From Nitrospirota bacterium (GTDB lineage: Bacteria; Nitrospirota; Thermodesulfovibrionia; Thermodesulfovibrionales; UBA9159): a stretch of DNA of 64,000 bases. The first letter of the stretch is position 1, and every line of letters begins with the position of its first letter. Location of the stretch: the NCBI GenBank assembly GCA_023382175.1, contig JAMCQB010000063.1, forward strand, positions 133 to 64,132, in the 5' to 3' direction. The notes under the pieces were generated by a model. The model was not told the origin of the DNA and searched no databases. It saw only the letters and a program-made list of their open reading frames with translations. Shown piece by piece: positions 17,094 to 27,339 of this stretch. A program made the translations under genes and the position numbers.

Positions 17094-18278
17094 ATGCGGA
17101 CAAGAACAGCACAGAGAGGTCTGAAGAAGCGTTTCCTGTTGTTGTCTGGTGTTGTCATTGCTTTCCTTCTCCTCTATTGGGGAATTTCGTTTTCTGAAGA
17201 ACTTCCCCTTTGCGCAGGATGTCATAAGAAACAAGTGGAGGGAAAAGAGCTGCATCCCGTGATGAAAACTCAGGGATGCGTATCCTGCCACACAAAACCC
17301 CATTCGAAGACGGCAAAACCCAGGAAGTTTCTTCCTGCAACAGGGGTGGACCTTTGCTGGGGATGTCACGACAAAACAAAATTTTCCCGTCAAGTGCAAC
17401 ATCGTCCTGTTGCCGAAGGTCAATGCATGTCCTGCCATAATGTTCATGTGTCGGATTTCCCGAAGCTGCTGCTTTCGAATATGCCGGACTTATGCTTTAA
17501 TTGCCACGATAAAGCCAAGTTCATGAACAAGACCACCCATCCGCCCGTTGCCGGCGGCATGTGCACGTCGTGCCACGACCCCCATAGCAGTGAAGTGGAA
17601 AAACTGCTCATCTCCTCATCGCCGGGGTTATGTTTCAGTTGTCATGACAAACAGAGGTTTTCCGGCAAGAAAGACGTCCATGTGCCTGTTGCAGACGGGC
17701 TCTGCCTGTCCTGTCATGAGCCTCATGCTTCTGCCGGAGAGAAACTTCTCGTGAAGCAGGCTCCGGAGCTCTGTTTCAACTGCCATACGAAAAGTAAGTT
17801 CGAGGGTAAGAAAGTCATGCATTCGCCGGTTGCGGGCGGCCTGTGCTTAAACTGCCACGCTCCCCACCAGTCGGACTCGGCAAGACTGCTTCTTGCGGAG
17901 ATGCCTGCCTTGTGTTTCACCTGTCATGACAAAAGCGATTTTTCACATAAAAATGTTCATCCCCCTGTTGCGGGCGGCCTGTGCATGTCCTGCCATATGC
18001 CGCACTTTGCAGATAACAAAAAGCTGCTCCCGTTACGGGTCAACGACCTGTGTCTGGAGTGTCACCCTCAGGTTGCCCAGGAGCCCCATGCAGTGAGCGG
18101 TATGACAAAGGTCGGACATCCCCTGGCCAGCAGGAGGGTAAAGGTCGTGGATGGCAACAGGGTAAAGCTCTCCTGTCTTTCCTGCCACGAACCTCACAGC
18201 TCCGACTGGATCAGGCTTTTCAGGTACAGGGCAAACACGCCTTTTGAAATCTGCGCCCGTTGCCACAAGAAGTTTTAG
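17094..18278 (+). CDS. multihaem cytochrome c, 15 CxxCH motifs, N-terminal signal anchor
   Basis: I counted 15 CxxCH motifs in 394 aa. Most lie in repeated ~37-aa two-haem modules (C.xCH DK.KF...HxPVAxGxCxxCHxPH), which resembles a cytochrome c7/c3-type polymer. Confidence 0.9.
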   Translation: MRTRTAQRGLKKRFLLLSGVVIAFLLLYWGISFSEELPLCAGCHKKQVEGKELHPVMKTQGCVSCHTKPHSKTAKPRKFLPATGVDLCWGCHDKTKFSRQVQHRPVAEGQCMSCHNVHVSDFPKLLLSNMPDLCFNCHDKAKFMNKTTHPPVAGGMCTSCHDPHSSEVEKLLISSSPGLCFSCHDKQRFSGKKDVHVPVADGLCLSCHEPHASAGEKLLVKQAPELCFNCHTKSKFEGKKVMHSPVAGGLCLNCHAPHQSDSARLLLAEMPALCFTCHDKSDFSHKNVHPPVAGGLCMSCHMPHFADNKKLLPLRVNDLCLECHPQVAQEPHAVSGMTKVGHPLASRRVKVVDGNRVKLSCLSCHEPHSSDWIRLFRYRANTPFEICARCHKKF

Positions 18279-18413
18279 GAAGCGCAAAAAAGAACAGCTC
18301 TGATCGTCGGCAGGCTGCACCATAAGCTTTTCCGCAGGCATCGGCATAAACTCCTGAAGTTTGGTTATGGGAAGGAGAAATTCTTGTCCCGGGCGGCGGA
18401 ATTGACGCGGAGG

Positions 18414-18459
18414 GCTAAAAAGAAAAAGGGCCGGGGCTCCAGCGGAGCCCCGGCCCTTT
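18414..18459 (-). terminator. rho-independent terminator of the 12-haem cytochrome gene
   Basis: Perfect 16-bp stem AAAGGGCCGGGGCTCC-agc-GGAGCCCCGGCCCTTT. It is followed on the minus strand by TTTTTCTTTTT and lies 16 nt after the stop. Confidence 0.85.
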
Positions 18460-18474
18460 CCTATCAAGGCATGA

Positions 18475-19317
18475 TCACTTCTTTTTCTTTATTTCCTTTG
18501 GTGCTTCCTTCTTCTCCGCAGCGGCGGTGAAGCGGTTCAGGTCGTGTGCAATGTTGTGGCACTCGCTACACTTCGGGAACTTTGCCATAATGCCTGCGGG
18601 ATGAGGAACACCGTGGCAGTCCTGGCACTGGGGTACCATCTTGTGCTTTGCCTGATGGCAGAATGCGCAGGCAAAGGTCTTGTGCTTGGCTGTGCTCGTG
18701 GTGAGAACCTCAAAGGCTTTCCTGTGACACGCTCCGCAGTCCTTTGACGGGATATCCGATGCGTACGTCACGGTCTTCGGCATATGGGCCTTGTGGCATT
18801 TTTTGCACTCTCCTGCGCCCATATCAGCAGCATGGGGTTTATGACACTGTGTGCATTGCGGGACTTTGCCATGCACACTGTGACAGGTGCTGCAGTACAG
18901 GGCAGTATGCTTGCTCTTGTTGTCCCTGAGCTGAGCGATCTGCTGGGTATGGCATGTGAGGCAAGGATCCGTAACATTACCGCCGAACGTGATCTTCAGG
19001 GGTGTGTGAGGATTCTTATGACAGCTGAGACAGCCCTTGAGCTCATAATGAGGTTTCCCTGTGTGGCACTGTGTGCATTGCGGGATCGGCTTTTTTACCG
19101 CTGGCGGATGTCCCACATGGCAGTCCGAACAGGCAACATTCTTGTGCTTTCCCCCCGCAGAGGCAATGTCAGCGGGTGGGCCGGTATGACACTTGACACA
19201 GTCTTCATTTGACAGGGCTGCCTTGGACGTCTGGGCCAGCGCCATGCCGCCATAAGCCAAGATTCCCACGATCAGGAAAAGTACGACCAGAAGACTACTG
19301 CGCTTTACTTCTCTCAT
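18475..19317 (-). CDS. multihaem cytochrome c, 12 CxxCH motifs, signal peptide
   Basis: 280 aa. The signal sequence is LLVVLFLIVGILAYGGMALA. There are 12 CxxCH motifs and a Lys-rich C-terminus. Confidence 0.9.
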   Translation of the reverse strand: MREVKRSSLLVVLFLIVGILAYGGMALAQTSKAALSNEDCVKCHTGPPADIASAGGKHKNVACSDCHVGHPPAVKKPIPQCTQCHTGKPHYELKGCLSCHKNPHTPLKITFGGNVTDPCLTCHTQQIAQLRDNKSKHTALYCSTCHSVHGKVPQCTQCHKPHAADMGAGECKKCHKAHMPKTVTYASDIPSKDCGACHRKAFEVLTTSTAKHKTFACAFCHQAKHKMVPQCQDCHGVPHPAGIMAKFPKCSECHNIAHDLNRFTAAAEKKEAPKEIKKKK

Positions 19318-19421
19318 TTTCCCCTCCTTTTTGATTTCCTGAAGCGCCCCTCTCCCCTACAAAACAGTATTCGATGAAAATTATGCCGTGAAGATCCCGC
19401 ACAAAACCGAAATTTCATGCC

Positions 19422-19476
19422 ATTATGCCACATTTCCTTAAGGCAGTCAACAGAGGTGACACCCCGGTGACACCCC
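19422..19476 (-). promoter_or_regulatory. strong sigma70 promoter with an adjacent 11-bp tandem direct repeat (activator site candidate)
   Basis: On the minus strand: GGGGTGTCACC GGGGTGTCACC tctg TTGACT, 17 nt, then TGgCATAAT. The -35 is at 19450..19445, the -10 at 19427..19422 and the repeats at 19476..19455. The promoter lies about 100 nt upstream of the cytochrome ATG. Confidence 0.6.
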
Positions 19477-19615
19477 GGGGAAAAAATGGAAATGGATCGA
19501 GGGGGAGAATCAGTCTGGCAGGAAGGCCGCCGGGGTCGGCCTCCCTTGTCGCCCGGTTCTTTTCTCGGAGAGATACTCCTGGAACGGCAGAGCGTGAGCT
19601 TTTAAGAGCAAAAGA

Positions 19616-19676
19616 ACAAGGCCAAGGTTGAGAATCCTGTCAGTCTTAACCTTAGCCTTGACCTCAATCCTTAACC
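19616..19676. repeat. tandem-unit hairpin, AAGG/CCTT type
   Basis: ACAAGGCCAAGGTTGAG ... CTTAACCTTAGCCTTGACCTCAATCCTTAACC. It resembles the element at 25663..25723. Confidence 0.5.
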
Positions 19677-19735
19677 TGATTTGTGAGATCCCGCCCTCTA
19701 TTGCACTTTCAATGTCGTATGGTATTTAATATTCT

Positions 19736-22327
19736 ATGCCCGAGTTGACACCGCTGATGAAGCAGTATTTCAGCATCAAGGAGAAGCATGGAGATGCCAT
19801 CCTCATGTTCCGCCTTGGCGACTTTTATGAGATGTTCGGCGAAGACGCAAAAGTTGCCTCAAAGATCCTCCAGATCGCTCTCACGACCAGGGACAAGGCA
19901 AAAGAAGACCCCATCCCCATGTGCGGCATACCGTATTTTGCCGCTGAATCATACATAGCAAAACTCATCAAGGCGGGGCATAGGGTCGCCGTGTGCGAAC
20001 AGATGGGGGATGCGAAGGAGGCCAAGGGCATTGTTCAGAGGGATGTGGTGAAGGTGATTACTCCGGGGACATACACGCCGGAAAATCCGAAGGAGAATAA
20101 TTACCTCTTCAGTTTCTTCCCGGACGGGAAACAATACGGGATCGCCCTTGCGGATATCTCCACAGGCGAGTTCATGGTCTATGAAACTGAGCAGCCCGTA
20201 GAGGACGAGCTCAGCAGGTTCGAGCCCACGGAGCTCCTTTTCCCTGAAAGTCTAAAGGACAACATCCATTATTCCGAGATCATGAAGGGTTATTACGCCA
20301 CCGCGGCCGAGGACTGGACCTTTCATTATTCCGAGGCCTACCGGATTCTCCTGAGACACTTCGCGGTATCCTCCCTGGAGGGCTATGGATGTGAGGGAAG
20401 GACTGCCGCCATATCAGCAGCGGGAGCGCTCATCGCTTATATCGAGAACACGCAGAAAGAGGCCGTTCAATTCAAAAAGATCACCCCTCTCATCCAGAGC
20501 GCGTATATGTTGCTGGACGCCGCGACGCAGCGGAACCTCGAACTTATACGCAATCTGAAGGGAGGAGCTGACGGGACCCTTCTTGCTGTGCTCGACGAGA
20601 CACTCACCCCCATGGGTGGCCGGCGCCTCAGGAACGCTCTCCTCAGGCCGCTCATCGATGTCACCGGGATACGGAAACGCCTTGATGCGGTTGAGTCCCT
20701 GGCGGATGATTACGAACTCATCGAGACACTGCGCAGCAATTTCCGGAGGGTTCAGGACCTGGAAAGGCTTGCTTCAAGAGTAAACGGAGGATCAGCCACT
20801 CCCAGGGATCTCATCGCCATAAAAAATTCCCTTGCATCCCTTCCCGCCGTAAGGAAAGCGGCCTTATCATCGCCGGATGATTATCTCAGGTCATTGGGTG
20901 AAGATATTCCCGACCTGGGCGCGGTCAGGGAACTGATCGACTCCTCGATCATGGACAATCCTCCCCTCGGTATCAGGGAAGGAGGCATCCTCAAGACCGG
21001 ATACAGCAGGGAGGTGGACGAGCTCAGAAAGATCTCGGTAAGCGGCAAGGATTTTATTGCCGACCTTGAGGCAAGGGAGAAGAGGAAGGCAGGGATCTCG
21101 TCTCTCAAGGTGGGGTATAACAGGATATTCGGCTATTACATCGAAGTGACGAAGGCAAATCTTGATCTTGTGCCGGATTACTATATCAGGAAACAGACTC
21201 TTGTGAACGGAGAGAGGTTTATCACCCCGGAGCTCAAGGAGTATGAGGCAAAGGTCATAGGTTCCGAAGAACAGCTCAAGAATCTGGAATACAGTTTATT
21301 CCAGGAGCTCCTTGAGAAAATACGTTCAGAGAGCAGCCGTCTCATTTCCTGCGGCCATGTCATTGCGCTCCTGGATTTTCTCACTTCCCTTGCCGTGGTG
21401 GCGAGGAGGCATAATTACATCAAACCCGTGATTGATGACGGCAGCGCTGTCATCGAGATTATTGAGGGCAGGCATGCCGTGCTCGAACGGCTTCTCCCGG
21501 AGCCGTTCATCCCCAACAACACTTACATTGACAATGAAAGTGACCGGCTTCTGATTCTCACCGGGCCGAACATGGCAGGGAAGTCCACCTACATGAGACA
21601 GACCGCCCTCATCGTCCTTATGGCCCAGATCGGCAGCTTTGTGCCTGCGACGGAAGCGAGGATCGGTGTCGTCGACAGGATATTCACAAGGATCGGCGCC
21701 TCGGACTTTATCACCAAGGGACAGAGCACCTTTATGGTCGAGATGATTGAGACGGCGAACATCCTGAATAACGCCTCGGAACGCAGTCTCATTATCCTGG
21801 ACGAGATCGGCAGGGGGACGAGCACCTTTGACGGCATCAGCATTGCCTGGGCTGTTGCCGAGCACATCGCAAAGGCAATAAAGGCGAGGACGCTTTTTGC
21901 CACCCATTACAATGAGCTTACCGAACTGAGTCTTACCCTCGACGGAGTAAAAAACTACAATGTCTCGGTCAAGGAATGGGGGGACGAAATCATCTTTCTG
22001 AGGAAGATCGCCCCCGGACCGGCCGACAGAAGCTACGGGATTCAGGTGGGACGCCTTGCCGGCCTTCCCGAAGAGGTGGTCGGGCGGGCAAAGGAAGTCC
22101 TCATGAACTTTGAGGACGAACTGGCCGGTTCGGGGAAAACACGGTCCATGCTCAGGGATTTCTCGACCCAGGGCCAGATGGATCTTTTCCTCACGGGATT
22201 GGATCCGTTGCTGCTGGAGCTCATTCGCCTGGACCTGTCAAAGATGACGTCCAGGACAGCGCTGGCAAAACTCAGGGAGCTCAAGAACAGGGCAGAATCA
22301 CAGGTCCTGTCAAATCGCAAGCAGTGA
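19736..22327 (+). CDS. mutS: DNA mismatch repair protein MutS
   Basis: 863 aa. N-terminal MKQYFSIKEKHGDAILMFRLGDFYEMF, Walker A GPNMAGKSTYMRQ, and DEIGRGTSTFDG. Confidence 0.95.
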   Translation: MPELTPLMKQYFSIKEKHGDAILMFRLGDFYEMFGEDAKVASKILQIALTTRDKAKEDPIPMCGIPYFAAESYIAKLIKAGHRVAVCEQMGDAKEAKGIVQRDVVKVITPGTYTPENPKENNYLFSFFPDGKQYGIALADISTGEFMVYETEQPVEDELSRFEPTELLFPESLKDNIHYSEIMKGYYATAAEDWTFHYSEAYRILLRHFAVSSLEGYGCEGRTAAISAAGALIAYIENTQKEAVQFKKITPLIQSAYMLLDAATQRNLELIRNLKGGADGTLLAVLDETLTPMGGRRLRNALLRPLIDVTGIRKRLDAVESLADDYELIETLRSNFRRVQDLERLASRVNGGSATPRDLIAIKNSLASLPAVRKAALSSPDDYLRSLGEDIPDLGAVRELIDSSIMDNPPLGIREGGILKTGYSREVDELRKISVSGKDFIADLEAREKRKAGISSLKVGYNRIFGYYIEVTKANLDLVPDYYIRKQTLVNGERFITPELKEYEAKVIGSEEQLKNLEYSLFQELLEKIRSESSRLISCGHVIALLDFLTSLAVVARRHNYIKPVIDDGSAVIEIIEGRHAVLERLLPEPFIPNNTYIDNESDRLLILTGPNMAGKSTYMRQTALIVLMAQIGSFVPATEARIGVVDRIFTRIGASDFITKGQSTFMVEMIETANILNNASERSLIILDEIGRGTSTFDGISIAWAVAEHIAKAIKARTLFATHYNELTELSLTLDGVKNYNVSVKEWGDEIIFLRKIAPGPADRSYGIQVGRLAGLPEEVVGRAKEVLMNFEDELAGSGKTRSMLRDFSTQGQMDLFLTGLDPLLLELIRLDLSKMTSRTALAKLRELKNRAESQVLSNRKQ

Positions 22328-22483
22328 TCTCTGTTTTTATGCGTCATGTGTTTTTTCTTTCATGGGGGGAATGATTCGCTCTTTCGGGAAGATGTGATAC
22401 AATTTCACATAGGCGGAGATACTGATTGACAAAGGCGAAATATCTATGATAGAAATTCTCACACATCATATAAGGAGGACGGA

Positions 22484-22870
22484 ATGAATCCAGAGAATCT
22501 CAAGTATCATAAGGAGCACACATGGGTGAAGGTGTCGGGGAAAAGGGCGACCATCGGCATTACAGACCATGCCCAGGAAGCCCTCGGAGATATCGTCTAT
22601 ATCGACCTTCCCGACGCGGACACCCCTGTTGAAGCGAACAGCGAGCTCGCCGAAATAGAATCCACAAAAGCCACCTCTTCGGTCATATCCCCTGTGGGCG
22701 GAACGGTCATCGAGGTCAATGAGGAATTGGCTGAATCTCCGGAGATCATTAACGAAGAGCCGTACGGGAAGGGCTGGGTTGCCGTCCTCGAAATGGACGA
22801 TGAGTCAGAGCTGGATGAACTCATGGATTCCACGGAATATGAAAGGTATCTGGAAGAAGAGGCAAAATGA
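22484..22870 (+). CDS. gcvH: glycine cleavage system H protein (lipoyl carrier)
   Basis: 128 aa, YHKEHTWVKV...ESTKATSSVISPVGG (lipoyl-Lys motif). Confidence 0.92.
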   Translation: MNPENLKYHKEHTWVKVSGKRATIGITDHAQEALGDIVYIDLPDADTPVEANSELAEIESTKATSSVISPVGGTVIEVNEELAESPEIINEEPYGKGWVAVLEMDDESELDELMDSTEYERYLEEEAK

Positions 22871-24252
22871 GAGTTGCGGTCATTGGGGGAGGTCCCGGCG
22901 GTTATGTGGCGGCATTGAAGGCCGCTCAACTGGGCGCCCAGGTCACGGTTATCGAGAAGTCAGAGGTCGGAGGGACGTGTCTTAACCGGGGCTGTATCCC
23001 TACCAAGACGTTGATCGCTTCTGCAGAAATCCTTCACAAGCTTAAGAGTCTCGCCGATTACGGCCTTGAGCTGAACGGCTCTGTCTCGCCGAATCTCTCA
23101 AAAATGATGGAGAGAAAAGATAAGGTCGTAGCGATTCAGGTTAAAGGAATCAAAGGGCTCTTCAAGAGCTGGGGAGTCAACCTCAGCCAGGGGAAAGGCA
23201 CGCTGCTGAGCGCGGGAAGGATTGAGGTTGAGAAAGAGGACGGCACGAGGGATACGGTAGAAGCGGACAGTATCATCATCGCCACAGGGTCACGACCTGC
23301 CCGGATTCCCACATTCCCCTTTGACGGAGAAAAAATTCTGTCCAGCGATGAGGCCGTTACCATTAAGGAAATACCGAAAAGCCTGCTTATTGTGGGGGCA
23401 GGGGTTATCGGCTCTGAATTCGCGTGCCTGTTTTCTGAATTCGGGACAGAGGTGACCATGGTCGAGGTTCAGGATCGGGCGCTCTCCACAGAGGACGGCG
23501 AAGTGTCGGAACTCCTCGAAAGGGAGTTCAAGAAGAAGGGGGTCAAACTGTTCACAGGAGCGAGTGTGACGAGGGTTGAGGCGAGGGAAGACGGCATGCA
23601 TTCCTTTCTCTCTGACGGAAAAGAGCTGGTCACAGAGAAGATCCTTGTCTCTGTCGGGAGGTCCTTTAACACTGAAAACATGGGGCTCGAGTCCCTTGGC
23701 ATACAGAAAGGTAAAAAGGGCGAGATCATCGTCAATGAGAAGATGGAAACGAATGTTGAGGGAGTATACGCCATCGGCGACGTAGCGGGAGGCATGCTCC
23801 TTGCCCATAAGGCATCAAGGGAAGGGATCGTTGCTGCATCCAATGCGTGCGGCAAAGAGGCGAGAATGGATTACTCGGTGGTGCCCGCAGCCATATTTAC
23901 CTCGCCTGAAATCGCTTCGGTGGGGCTGCGGGAACATCAGGCAGTGGAAAAGGGAAGCTCTTTCAGGAAGGGCAGCTTTCTCTACAGGGCGCTGGGAAAG
24001 GCCCATGCCATGGGCGAGATAACGGGATTCTTCAAGATCATTGCTGATGCCGGTTCCGACAGAATCATCGGCGCACATATTGTGGGACCTCATGCGTCTG
24101 ACCTCATCCACGAGGTTGCGGTCGCGATGCGAACGGGGCTGAAGGTAAGGGATATTGCCGAAACAATACATGCCCATCCCACCCTGTCCGAGGGTCTGCT
24201 GGAAGCGTGTGAAGATGTTCATGGAGAGGCTATCCATGTCCAGAAGAAGTGA
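22867..24252 (+). CDS. lpdA: dihydrolipoyl dehydrogenase
   Basis: 461 aa. GGGPGGYVAA, redox-active GGTCLNRGCIPTK, and the C-terminal HAHPTLSE. The start overlaps the gcvH stop (ATGA). Confidence 0.92.
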   Translation: MRVAVIGGGPGGYVAALKAAQLGAQVTVIEKSEVGGTCLNRGCIPTKTLIASAEILHKLKSLADYGLELNGSVSPNLSKMMERKDKVVAIQVKGIKGLFKSWGVNLSQGKGTLLSAGRIEVEKEDGTRDTVEADSIIIATGSRPARIPTFPFDGEKILSSDEAVTIKEIPKSLLIVGAGVIGSEFACLFSEFGTEVTMVEVQDRALSTEDGEVSELLEREFKKKGVKLFTGASVTRVEAREDGMHSFLSDGKELVTEKILVSVGRSFNTENMGLESLGIQKGKKGEIIVNEKMETNVEGVYAIGDVAGGMLLAHKASREGIVAASNACGKEARMDYSVVPAAIFTSPEIASVGLREHQAVEKGSSFRKGSFLYRALGKAHAMGEITGFFKIIADAGSDRIIGAHIVGPHASDLIHEVAVAMRTGLKVRDIAETIHAHPTLSEGLLEACEDVHGEAIHVQKK

Positions 24253-24261
24253 TCCTGAAGG

Positions 24262-25644
24262 ATGAATGCCATGCCCATGGGATCACTGGCGGACAACTGG
24301 GTCTCTTCCATAAAAAAGAAGAACAGGGACGTATTCTCTGAACTCGACGTCCTCCTCCGAGCCCTGGACCGTTTCTTCAATGTGGACAACCTTCCCCTTT
24401 CGAAAGAGGACATGGCGAACAGGAACTTCTTTGACGAGCTGTCCGCTGCAAGGGACACCATCCTCAGGATCGTGGGTCTCCTGGAAACGATCATCCCTGA
24501 GGGCAAAAAAAACGTCTACTGGTTCCAGAAGTTTGCCCATTCCAAGTTCCTCAATGACAAGAAGAGGGATGCCCTCCGGGAGGAACTGTACAAGCAGGAC
24601 GTGCCCGAGAAGAGCCTCTTCCTTCTCTACGATACGTTCATTAACCTCAAGGGGATCATTTCGGATATCCTGAAGACCGAGCACATACCGTATCTTACCT
24701 TCACGAACATAGGCCAGATCGTTGGGCGGGAGATTCGGGAAAATACTTTTTTCAACCCCTTCAAAATGGACCTGAATCCGGATTTTGACATGATCGAGAA
24801 CCGCGAAGTTTCCTGTGTTGTGAAGGAGATCAAGGATCCGGAGGTAAAAAAATATTGTTCCATGCTCCTGCTCTACCTTTTCCGGTTCCTCAGATATCTC
24901 AGATATGCGGACACATCCAGCAGGTTCGGCTCCCTCAGCTCTTCCCTCCTCATCATCCTGCTTCTCCGGTCGGAATTCACCGGTTTCCTGGCCTATTTCG
25001 ATAAAGCAGCGCGTAAACTCAAGGATGAAGAGTTCAGGACGTTTCTCAAGGTCATCTCCTACCAGTTCTCCATGGAATCAAAACGGGTATTTCTCCAGGA
25101 ACTGAGAGAGATATTCAGGAATAAATCTCCCCAATACCTCAAGGGGAAGATAGAGAACAGTCACGGCATTTTAAAAAACCTCGCGGAGCAGAGCATCGTC
25201 CAGCTCGTGCATTTCTTCCACCCCGACGTGAAGGGGACCGAGATCTTTGATGCCTTCATCACGAAGCTCGAACAATCCCTGAGGCTGCGGGAAGATGTCC
25301 TCATTCTGAACCGGTTCCTGGCCCTTATGGAGGAAGGCACGAATGAACGGAGACTCCATATCTTTGATGCCATGAGGAACTTCATGCTCTATTTTCAGAG
25401 CTTCACGTTCAAACTCCTCAGGTATGATGACTATGAGGAATTCATTTCCTTTTTTAATAAGGTGCTGGCCTTCAGCAGGGATGAGGTGAACGGGAAGGGG
25501 TTTGACAAAATGCTGGACAAGTTAAGGCAGTTCAGGATATTTACGGAGACGTGCCTGCGGCAGATTTCGAGCAGGACTGAATTGAGCGATCTGCCTGTGG
25601 ACATGGAGCGGGTTGAAAACAGCCTGAACCAGTATTTGCAATGA
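24262..25644 (+). CDS. hypothetical protein, 460 aa, no recognisable domain
   Basis: Long uninterrupted ORF starting 9 nt after the lpdA stop. It is rich in F/L/K/E/R. I see no TM segment, signal peptide or catalytic motif. It is followed by a large hairpin repeat. Confidence 0.6.
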   Translation: MNAMPMGSLADNWVSSIKKKNRDVFSELDVLLRALDRFFNVDNLPLSKEDMANRNFFDELSAARDTILRIVGLLETIIPEGKKNVYWFQKFAHSKFLNDKKRDALREELYKQDVPEKSLFLLYDTFINLKGIISDILKTEHIPYLTFTNIGQIVGREIRENTFFNPFKMDLNPDFDMIENREVSCVVKEIKDPEVKKYCSMLLLYLFRFLRYLRYADTSSRFGSLSSSLLIILLLRSEFTGFLAYFDKAARKLKDEEFRTFLKVISYQFSMESKRVFLQELREIFRNKSPQYLKGKIENSHGILKNLAEQSIVQLVHFFHPDVKGTEIFDAFITKLEQSLRLREDVLILNRFLALMEEGTNERRLHIFDAMRNFMLYFQSFTFKLLRYDDYEEFISFFNKVLAFSRDEVNGKGFDKMLDKLRQFRIFTETCLRQISSRTELSDLPVDMERVENSLNQYLQ

Positions 25645-25662
25645 CATGTTGTCATTTTGAAA

Positions 25663-27328
<1,666 letters not shown>

Positions 27329-27339
<11 letters not shown>

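Noticed and set aside
19425-19631. 68-aa ORF in the cytochrome/mutS intergenic region.
   Set aside because: It is R/G/P-rich with no RBS. It overlaps the minus-strand promoter and the 11-bp tandem repeat (its RGDTPVTPRG is the translated repeat).
22328-22483. Expected a glycine riboswitch upstream of gcvH.
   Set aside because: I could not find the conserved glycine-aptamer core (GGAGAG...ACCGAAGGGGCAA-type) in the 156-nt spacer. Only promoter-like TTGACA/TG-n-TACAAT signals are present.
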